Of a stretch of DNA of 64,000 nucleotides, positions 57,147 to 64,000 are shown piece by piece. Below the pieces are notes generated by a model that made no database searches, had not been told where the DNA came from, and saw only the letters and a program-made list of their open reading frames with translations. The first letter of the stretch is position 1, and each line of letters starts with the position of its first letter. The DNA is from a virus: positions 32,001 to 96,000 of the IMG/VR virus record IMGVR_UViG_3300034108_000145; one strand, given 5' to 3'. Made by a program: the position numbers and the translations under genes.

Positions 57147-57877
57147 TATTTAGTGAAGATTCCTTTCTTCACCATTCTATCTAAGATCCTAGCACAAGCT
57201 ATATCTAAAGCTTTTTTAGTAGCAATAGATATGGTTGATTGATTAAACTTAACAGGGTCTAAAGAAGCATCTGATAAACCTGAAGTTTCTTTTGTACTCT
57301 TAGCTTCCCCTAATCCAGAACCAGATATAATGGTCCCCGTCTCGGCATCAGTAAATCTTACTTGCAAACCGATACGAGTAACCATTAACTGTTTCGTGTC
57401 CCCCTTTATATATACAGATTCGTCTTCTGATATAGAGTAATCATAGCATTCTATAGTAACAAAGTACTTAGCTAAATTAATCTTACCACGACCATCTAGT
57501 TTATTCTCAGAGATACCAGCTTGGGAAGCCTGAAACTGCTTCACCATACGGTTTTTGATCTCTGTTTTATCCTCTGTAAATTTAAATCTATTTAAGTTTT
57601 CAAGGTATTCCATAGAGATATTAGCTACGCCAAGACCCACACGCTTCTCTTTAAGCTCAGGGTATTGTTCGTACATATCATCTGATATACCACACTTCAG
57701 GATTTGTATAGGAACCTGAGGCCCTTCATAATCTAAGAACTGACTGATGTCTATAGCTTTCTCAAAAGAAGCTTTATAGTTTTCAGTAGTAGTCTTAGCT
57801 ATTTGTGAAAAGCCAGCATGAACCAAAAGGAACATGCTAGCTAAAAACATAACAACAAATATTATTTTCTTTCTCAT
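57146..57877 (-). CDS. CsgG-family-like envelope protein
   Basis: Signal peptide; GLGVANISMEYLENLNRF, AKYFVTIECYDYS, RIGLQVRFTDAETGTIISGSG pattern of the CsgG/TolB-N fold. Confidence 0.7.
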   Translation of the reverse strand: MRKKIIFVVMFLASMFLLVHAGFSQIAKTTTENYKASFEKAIDISQFLDYEGPQVPIQILKCGISDDMYEQYPELKEKRVGLGVANISMEYLENLNRFKFTEDKTEIKNRMVKQFQASQAGISENKLDGRGKINLAKYFVTIECYDYSISEDESVYIKGDTKQLMVTRIGLQVRFTDAETGTIISGSGLGEAKSTKETSGLSDASLDPVKFNQSTISIATKKALDIACARILDRMVKKGIFTK

Positions 57878-58095
57878 ACTTTAAGTTTATTGGAGTATCT
57901 GGAAAGTAGCCAATACAACAGCCAGAACACCCCGGACAAGCAATAGAATATGATATCGGTAGCCCAAAAGCTCCCAGTAGCGTTTAAGAGCGTCTTGAAT
58001 AAAAGATCGTATCCCAAAGGCAGGAAGAACATGGCCAGCATTAAACTGATATCTTTGAGAGAGTTTACTCTCCTTAGTCTGTTTCTTTTGTTCAT
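57874..58095 (-). CDS. Small 2-TM membrane protein
   Basis: LAMFFLPLGYD..FWATDIIFYCLSGVFW. Confidence 0.7.
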   Translation of the reverse strand: MNKRNRLRRVNSLKDISLMLAMFFLPLGYDLLFKTLLNATGSFWATDIIFYCLSGVFWLLYWLLSRYSNKLKV

Positions 58096-58119
58096 CAGGA
58101 TCCATGGGAGTTAATTAAG

Positions 58120-58749
58120 TTAAACAATATCTTTTATCTTGCCACACTTAAGACATTCTTCATCTCCGTCTCCATCAACGTCACCCCAAACGTGCTCACA
58201 CTGACGATGTGCAAAGTATTCATCAATCTTACCATCACCATCAAAGTCTAGACCATCCATTACACCGTCTCCATCCTCATCAATTTCTACACCTTTTTTA
58301 GCTGGTGCAGCAACTGGAGCTTCAGACTTTACTTCTTCTTTAACCTCTTCTTTAGAAGCTTGTGATTGAGCATTAGCTCTATCAGCAGCAGCTAAGAAAG
58401 CAGGATCTACTAATGGTGTATAGTTTTTAGGAGAATCTTTCATGTCATTAGTATTAGACATTGAAACTCCGTCTTCTTCATCCATCTTCTGTACAAGCAT
58501 CTTATCCTTGTCTGTATCAGAGAACCAGTAATCAATAATCTTACCATAAGAGCCAATGAAAGCTCCCAACAATAATAATAATAATTCTTTCCATTCACCT
58601 TGGATTGCTGTACCATAAGTAATAGCGGTAAAGATACCAGCTATAATAAGCATAAAAGATCCAAGTACTAACGCTGTAATAAACCAGCGTCTCATCATCA
58701 TAGAGCTAAGTAGTTCTTTAAAACCACTAGGTTGTGTGTTGTTTTCCAT
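58120..58749 (-). CDS. 2-TM membrane protein with DxDGDG repeats and a C-terminal Cys/His motif
   Basis: Two TM helices; DEDGDG, DFDGDG, DVDGDG; CEHVW..CLKC. Confidence 0.75.
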   Translation of the reverse strand: MENNTQPSGFKELLSSMMMRRWFITALVLGSFMLIIAGIFTAITYGTAIQGEWKELLLLLLGAFIGSYGKIIDYWFSDTDKDKMLVQKMDEEDGVSMSNTNDMKDSPKNYTPLVDPAFLAAADRANAQSQASKEEVKEEVKSEAPVAAPAKKGVEIDEDGDGVMDGLDFDGDGKIDEYFAHRQCEHVWGDVDGDGDEECLKCGKIKDIV

Positions 58750-58768
58750 ATAAATGTTTATTAATTAA

Positions 58769-59086
58769 TTACCACTTTGGAGCTTCTTCCTTAAACTCAT
58801 CACCTTCTTTCTTTTTAACTTTAGCAGCAGGTTGAGCTGGCTGAGCTGCAGGTTTTTCAATTACTCTTTCAATTACTTTAGTACCTCCACCAGCTTGTTG
58901 AGCTTGTTGGTTAGAGTTAGTAATATTAATTACAGGGGCTGGAGCTGGAGCAGGAGCTGCTTCTTTATCTCCACCACCTAATAGTGTACTTAACCATACA
59001 CCACCGGCTGTAACAACAGTACCTAATACACCTACTACAGTCTTTTTAAGACTTGACCAGGTTCCTTCTTGTGTTTCTTCTGACAT
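58769..59086 (-). CDS. Membrane-anchored Pro/Ala-rich protein
   Basis: One TM followed by APAPAP linker. Confidence 0.7.
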   Translation of the reverse strand: MSEETQEGTWSSLKKTVVGVLGTVVTAGGVWLSTLLGGGDKEAAPAPAPAPVINITNSNQQAQQAGGGTKVIERVIEKPAAQPAQPAAKVKKKEGDEFKEEAPKW

Positions 59087-59092
59087 GATATT

Positions 59093-59470
59093 CTATTTTA
59101 TAATTATTGGATGTTTTACTTCTTTACCGTTTATATCTATAAAGATAAAATCATAATCTTGTTTATTCAAACTAGATAGATCATATACTTTTTTAGTTAC
59201 TTCTTCTGTAGCAGTGAAGCCTTCTTTCTTTACAGGATCTTCTTTACCAAAAGGTACTACCTGTACAGAATATTTAGCTCCCACTGTAGTTGCAAACTCA
59301 GCTGTAACTACGTTACCTACTTGAGTGATTGACTTAATAGCAGTAGCTTCTGACTTTACCCCCATATTAATAGGCTCTGGAGCTGGAATGTCTATCTTAG
59401 TACAAGCATACACTATAAGAGTTGCTACAAGAATAAGATAGATAGCTAATAGTTTATTTGTTTCTTTCAT
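59093..59470 (-). CDS. Lipoprotein with Ig-like C-terminal domain
   Basis: LIVYAC lipobox; C-terminal YDLSSLNKQDY..IDINGKEVKHPIIIK. Confidence 0.7.
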   Translation of the reverse strand: MKETNKLLAIYLILVATLIVYACTKIDIPAPEPINMGVKSEATAIKSITQVGNVVTAEFATTVGAKYSVQVVPFGKEDPVKKEGFTATEEVTKKVYDLSSLNKQDYDFIFIDINGKEVKHPIIIK

Positions 59471-59471
59471 C

Positions 59472-61604
59472 TTAGAAATTATTATAACCGGTTAACTTAA
59501 TTTGTGTAGAGTTAAGATTAATTCCTAACTGATTTCCTTTTGCATCTGCAGCATCCATAAGCGGACTAACTTTTACAGATGTAACAATATCAACACCTTG
59601 ACCAATTGTACTAAACTTAAGTTTAAAAGGAACTTTAACTCCAGTAATAACTTCAGAGTTATTCTTATCTAGAGCACCAAACTTAACACGTCCATCTTTA
59701 GAACTAGCAAACACATACCAAGTATTTGGTACAGTAGCTAATAGCTCTTCAAACTTAATCTTAGCAGGATCAAAGGTAAACTCAAACTGAAGACCAGAAA
59801 CACTAGATGATTTAGTATCTACGCTTACTGGAATTTCAATAGTATTAGAAGTTACAGTGAGGTTATTAAGATTTACATCAATTGAGCTAATATCAGCTGT
59901 AGAATTTAAAGAAGTTCCTGTAGCCTGAGTCTGCATAGATTGTGTTTGGAATGCAGAATTAGTAGCTAAACTATTAACAGCATTAGTTTGCACAGTAGCT
60001 GTACCGGCAGAACTTGTAACAACTTGAGAAGAATGAGATCTATTTACATCACCCCATAAAAGATACTTAAGATCTAAAATAGCATTAGTACCAAGCGTAC
60101 CTGTTGTAAAGTAAGTCTTAGGGTATGTAATGTTTTTCCAGTTAGCTGCAGTAATTGTTCCCCAAGAACGGTTAACATCTGCATCAAATGAAAACTCAGC
60201 TCTTAAACCGTAATCAACATTCTGATTATTAATATTACGTATAGAGCTTACATATAATGAACTACCGTCTTTAGCTTTAATTAAACTAGATGGTACAGTA
60301 TATAACGCCCATGTAGCATCTTCAGATACATATTCAACTGGTCCAGTGTATATGTCAAACAATTGAACACTTTTAATAGTGTTTGGAGCTACACCAGCAG
60401 GAAATTCTCTCATATCAATACGTAAACTACTAGATGAAGAACCAGGTGTTACATAACCCCATTCTACTTGACCAGCAATAGTCATAACATCTGATGCTTT
60501 CCATGTTGGAAGACTCATATGACCACCACTTCCAACAGTATAACCAGTAGGAAGCATAAATAAAGTATCTATACCAGCTACTTGTGCTAGCAATTGTGGT
60601 AGATCACCACCATCAATCGTCTTATTACGATTAATATCTGCAGCATATAATGATTGGCCAGTTTTAATACTTTGACCTCTTGAACCGTCCAGACCCATAG
60701 ATGAGAATTCACCTTGAGCTGTAGTAAAATCAGATATAGTGATTGCATTACCATAGATAGTATACAACTTGTCCATCTCATGCATTACACTAACTTCATA
60801 CACCTTATTAGCAGCTAAAGAGTTTTGATTAATATCAACTTCTCCTGTAGATGTAATAGGAAATAGCACTCCTGTATTAGTAAGAGTGTCTCTAAAAGAT
60901 ACTTTTAAATTTGATAAGCTATACAAGTTAGAATTTACATCCACTTTAGCTGTTACATACTTACCAAAGTTCTGGTTCATAACTACTGCTGTAGATAATG
61001 GAGTTTCCATTACAGTATTATCATATTGGCCAGCATCGTTCCAACCAGCTACAAAGTTTAGTTTAATAGGATTAAATGTATATGCAGTAGATGCAGCTTT
61101 AAGTCTAAATCTTATTCTAATAAAATCACTGTACCCGCTATAAGGCATAGCTGAGTTAGTAGCCCAAGATAATGTAGTTCTTAAAATAGCATACGGATTA
61201 TTAGCAGCATAGTTATACTGAGCATACTGATAATTAGTAGTACCGTTAGTAGTAGTATTACTACTAGATCCAGATGTTACAGGTACAAAATTATATCCTG
61301 GGTAATTATACCAAGATAAACTAATAGTAGACTGTTGTGGCAAAATACCACCGTTACCTCCAGTACCAGTGTGATCTACAGATACTATTTCAAAGTTATC
61401 TCTATCATACTGTACATCAAATAACAACTGACGTGTAGTGTTATTGTTCATACCATTACCATAAATGATATAATCAAAAACATCTCCTCTGTTAAGAGAA
61501 GACCCTCCTACAAATGTAGCAGCTTTAAACTTTTGCTGACCATAAGAAAGTGTCACAATAAAAGTAAAAAGTGTCACAAAAAGTGTCGTAATAATATTCT
61601 TCAT
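59472..61604 (-). CDS. Secreted cohesin/dockerin-like multi-domain protein
   Basis: Signal peptide; N- and C-terminal cohesin-like beta sandwiches (LLFDVQYD; IEIPVSVD..VSGLQFEFTFDPAKIKF); ADINRNKTIDGGD and GDVN dockerin-like Ca loops. Confidence 0.65.
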   Translation of the reverse strand: MKNIITTLFVTLFTFIVTLSYGQQKFKAATFVGGSSLNRGDVFDYIIYGNGMNNNTTRQLLFDVQYDRDNFEIVSVDHTGTGGNGGILPQQSTISLSWYNYPGYNFVPVTSGSSSNTTTNGTTNYQYAQYNYAANNPYAILRTTLSWATNSAMPYSGYSDFIRIRFRLKAASTAYTFNPIKLNFVAGWNDAGQYDNTVMETPLSTAVVMNQNFGKYVTAKVDVNSNLYSLSNLKVSFRDTLTNTGVLFPITSTGEVDINQNSLAANKVYEVSVMHEMDKLYTIYGNAITISDFTTAQGEFSSMGLDGSRGQSIKTGQSLYAADINRNKTIDGGDLPQLLAQVAGIDTLFMLPTGYTVGSGGHMSLPTWKASDVMTIAGQVEWGYVTPGSSSSSLRIDMREFPAGVAPNTIKSVQLFDIYTGPVEYVSEDATWALYTVPSSLIKAKDGSSLYVSSIRNINNQNVDYGLRAEFSFDADVNRSWGTITAANWKNITYPKTYFTTGTLGTNAILDLKYLLWGDVNRSHSSQVVTSSAGTATVQTNAVNSLATNSAFQTQSMQTQATGTSLNSTADISSIDVNLNNLTVTSNTIEIPVSVDTKSSSVSGLQFEFTFDPAKIKFEELLATVPNTWYVFASSKDGRVKFGALDKNNSEVITGVKVPFKLKFSTIGQGVDIVTSVKVSPLMDAADAKGNQLGINLNSTQIKLTGYNNF

Positions 61605-62260
61605 TATAATAGTTTATTTACCAATGAAACAGAAGCCTTCTTTAAAGCAGAACTTAAATTTTGTTGGTTAAACTTACCTCCTTCATCTACAAGAAGAGCA
61701 GACATGCTCACCTCGTCAGCTGATTCTTCTACCATTGCTTTCTTCTCAACCTTACCATCTTTGTATAAATAGCCTTTAAGTCTAATAACAACGGACTCTT
61801 TATTGTTGTGTAACACTGAAAAACTAGACTGTGTTTTTAATACATCTAGATATACAATTTCTGCAGTAATTTTAAGATTAGAAGTCTTATCTAGTTCATA
61901 ATCTTTCTCTTGAACTACCTCTTCTAAAATATTCTTTAGCCCAAACTCTAAATTGCGGTTACCGGCTAAAGACCCTACAACAACTTTATTACTTACAGAA
62001 GATATATCTATCTTCTTAGGTTCTTCATACCAGATATTATCTGGATTATTCTTAAAAGTACCATCAAACTTCCAACTGAACCAGTTAGAAATTGCTAAAG
62101 TCTTATCTTCTTGCCCAGAAAAGTGCAAGTAGAGCATATAACCTTGAATGGTTAATGCAAATATCATCCATAGTCCAACAAAGACTATGAATATTTTAAC
62201 TAACAGTTCTGAAAGTTTCTGAAAAAACTTTTGACTGTAACTAATAACGAGTGCTCTCAT
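61604..62260 (-). CDS. Membrane-anchored CsgG/TolB-N-like protein (possible paralog of 57146..57877)
   Basis: TM anchor; LEFGLKNILEE and FNQQNLSSALKKA resemble VGLGVANISME and FNQSTISIATKKA. Confidence 0.55.
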   Translation of the reverse strand: MRALVISYSQKFFQKLSELLVKIFIVFVGLWMIFALTIQGYMLYLHFSGQEDKTLAISNWFSWKFDGTFKNNPDNIWYEEPKKIDISSVSNKVVVGSLAGNRNLEFGLKNILEEVVQEKDYELDKTSNLKITAEIVYLDVLKTQSSFSVLHNNKESVVIRLKGYLYKDGKVEKKAMVEESADEVSMSALLVDEGGKFNQQNLSSALKKASVSLVNKLL

Positions 62261-62293
62261 AACTCTATATATTTTTTAGAGAGCTAAGTATTT

Positions 62294-62419
62294 CTACTTC
62301 CCCTGCCCTCTGTATTTTTTAACATGCTTATCTTTAGGACCATCACTTTTACGTGATCTTCCTCCCTTTCTTTTACCAAAGGTGACCTTTCTAGATTCAC
62401 CAGCTTTAGGTTTAGCCAT
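62294..62419 (-). CDS. Small basic peptide ending KKYRGQGK (41 aa; not in ORF track)
   Basis: MAKPKAGESRKVTFGKRKGGRSRKSDGPKDKHVKKYRGQGK*; AAACCAAT leader. Confidence 0.7.
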   Translation of the reverse strand: MAKPKAGESRKVTFGKRKGGRSRKSDGPKDKHVKKYRGQGK

Positions 62420-62431
62420 AACTATTGGTTT

Positions 62432-63031
62432 TTATGCAAGTAATGCGTGATATTCTTTAAAGTGTTTGATACGATCAGCTAAACCAATAGTACCACCGTT
62501 TACACGCTTGGTAATTTTGGTTACTACTTCTGTAGAAGAGCCAGTATCAGCAATAAGATTTAAACCGTTCTTTTTCCAGAACCAAGCTGCAGACGCTAAC
62601 GCATGTTTAGTAGATACTAAATCAGGATTAGCAAGGATATCATCAGGTACAGCTAAGTCAAAAGCAGTATAGTTTTGCTTACCCGTCAATTGGATATAGC
62701 CTCTTCCACGGAACTTGAACCCCTCTCCTGATGCTTCAGGACCATTACCCATTCTATTACCGTATACACGGTTAGCAATCTTTTCCGGTTTACGAGCATA
62801 AGCATCAGCTAACGCTTGTGTAGGAAAGTATTTCTTAAAAATACCCATCAAACCTTTAGCTGAGTAGTTAAGGTTTTCTTGAGTAAGTCTGAATCCACCT
62901 GATTCATGACCACACTGTGCTAAAAAATGTGCAAGACGCAGTGGTGTATTAACACCAAATGCATCCATGACACCTGGGATCTGTGCAATTACAGTATCCG
63001 GAACGTGCCCCCTAAGCTTTTCTAAATTCAT
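62432..63031 (-). CDS. Endolysin, glycoside hydrolase family 19
   Basis: AHFLAQCGHESGG, ENLNYS, FRGRGYIQLTGKQNY, SAAWFW, ITKRVNGG. Confidence 0.92.
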   Translation of the reverse strand: MNLEKLRGHVPDTVIAQIPGVMDAFGVNTPLRLAHFLAQCGHESGGFRLTQENLNYSAKGLMGIFKKYFPTQALADAYARKPEKIANRVYGNRMGNGPEASGEGFKFRGRGYIQLTGKQNYTAFDLAVPDDILANPDLVSTKHALASAAWFWKKNGLNLIADTGSSTEVVTKITKRVNGGTIGLADRIKHFKEYHALLA

Positions 63032-63045
63032 ATGTATAGTGTTTA

Positions 63046-63177
63046 TTACTTCTTCTTCTTACCTGTAGCTTTAGGAGCTACTTTCTTAACTTCTTTTACT
63101 ACTTCAGCAGCAACTACAGCCTTCTGTATCTTGCTACCAAATAAGAACTTCTTTACTAATTCAATAATCTTTTTCAT
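63046..63177 (-). CDS. Small Lys-rich peptide (43 aa; not in ORF track)
   Basis: MKKIIELVKKFLFGSKIQKAVVAAEVVKEVKKVAPKATGKKKK*. Confidence 0.6.
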   Translation of the reverse strand: MKKIIELVKKFLFGSKIQKAVVAAEVVKEVKKVAPKATGKKKK

Positions 63178-63178
63178 A

Positions 63179-63805
63179 CTATTTATTTTTTTTACCAATC
63201 TTCCAGTACGTCTGGAATCCATAAGAAATGTTACCGTTTATATCAGATCCGGCTTTAAGTCCGTAAATCTTATCTGATTTAGTTTTTAGAATAAGCCCTG
63301 CTTCTGCAGAGTTAATTCCTAAGGTTTGAGTTGTACCAATGCCACCACCTACATACAATTGTGTTTTAGCAGGAGCTTGGTTAGTAATTGTCACAGTTTT
63401 AGTGACAAATGGGATCTTGTAGTTATACTTCCAAGATCTCCCTGTAAGTTTATTCTCTCTAATAGTATCAGTAACCATAACATAGCCTAGTGTATCTAAT
63501 TTTACACTGTCTACATAAATAGCTAACGCAGTATACATCTTAACAAGATTGTCAAACTGTATCTTTAGAGCAGCATAATTAGTATCAGCTAAGTATTCTG
63601 TCTTACCTTCTATAAACAAGCTATCATGAATAATCTTAGCCGGCAAAGGCTTAGAATAAATCAAGCTATCGTGTACAGACCAAGTAGTGTCATGCACTAC
63701 AAGCGTATCAGATTTTGGACGGTCCCCTCCTCCAACACACCCTTTATTCTGTAAAAGAACAAAGACTACTAACAAGCCTATAATAAAGATGTATATCTTA
63801 TTCAT
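63179..63805 (-). CDS. Membrane-anchored lysis-associated protein (spanin-like position)
   Basis: Start MNKIY at 63805 overlapping the holin-like stop; TM anchor, DTL/DTT/DSL repeats, beta-rich C-terminus ending YWKI. Confidence 0.55.
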   Translation of the reverse strand: MNKIYIFIIGLLVVFVLLQNKGCVGGGDRPKSDTLVVHDTTWSVHDSLIYSKPLPAKIIHDSLFIEGKTEYLADTNYAALKIQFDNLVKMYTALAIYVDSVKLDTLGYVMVTDTIRENKLTGRSWKYNYKIPFVTKTVTITNQAPAKTQLYVGGGIGTTQTLGINSAEAGLILKTKSDKIYGLKAGSDINGNISYGFQTYWKIGKKNK

Positions 63806-64000
63806 CGGTTTTCTTTTTAAATGAGAACTTATCACCTGTATCACCAATCAAGGCTGCTATACAGATATACATAACAGATTCTACTAAAGCATCTGATGGT
63901 TTAATATCACCATGAGAGAAGCTATTAGCAGTTAATGTTACACACAGAAACAATGCACACATAAAACCTACCACTGGTTTAATAGAGGTAGATCCACGCT
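63798..64000 (-). CDS. Putative holin (5' truncated by window)
   Basis: ..RGSTSIKPVVGFMCALFLCVTLTAN..LVESVMYICIAALIGDTGDKFSFKKKTDE*: two TM helices and a charged tail, upstream of the endolysin. Confidence 0.55.
   Translation of the reverse strand, partial: RGSTSIKPVVGFMCALFLCVTLTANSFSHGDIKPSDALVESVMYICIAALIGDTGDKFSFKKKTDE

Noticed and set aside
117-63277. Numerous short antisense or alternative-frame ORFs in the track (e.g. 117..380, 18521..19039, 43784..44194, 56453..56830, 63032..63277)
   Set aside because: Shadows of longer genes with recognisable motifs on the other strand or frame
1-64000. Stop-codon reassignment (TAG/TGA), as known in some Crassvirales
   Set aside because: Core genes are full length in the standard code, TAG ends several tightly packed genes, and no suppressor anticodon is evident

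Overview
AT-rich 64 kb segment of a tailed phage genome, most consistent with an environmental crAss-like / Bacteroidota-infecting podovirus; it uses the standard genetic code. Three transcription blocks are visible. (1) 1-39.1 kb, minus strand, virion/packaging arm: small DNA-binding and enzyme genes (GNAT, HU/IHF-like, PD-(D/E)XK nuclease, an ATE/Bpt-like aminoacyl-tRNA-protein transferase), putative TerS, TerL, portal, scaffold, major capsid, ring/adaptor, a ferritin-like protein, a putative auxiliary capsid protein, three 1.6-1.9 kaa mosaic tail fibres with C-terminal S74-type chaperone domains, and a LamG protein. (2) 39.3-55.8 kb, plus strand, early/middle arm: small ORFs interleaved with many structured intergenic elements, a ~700 nt GOLLD/ROOL-like RNA followed by an aberrant tRNA, then ParB-like, HNH, SF2 helicase, uracil-DNA glycosylase and a MoxR AAA+/VWA pair. 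(3) 55.8-64 kb, minus strand: lysis genes (holin-like, GH19 endolysin) followed by an 8-gene envelope module (two CsgG-like proteins, a cohesin/dockerin-like protein, a lipoprotein, and a Ser/Ala-linker beta-barrel protein). The most unusual items are a 170 nt giant tRNA-like RNA near the aminoacyl transferase, the large ornate RNA plus tRNA island, and the CsgG-type envelope operon. All functional calls come from motif reading and gene context; no database search or folding program was run.
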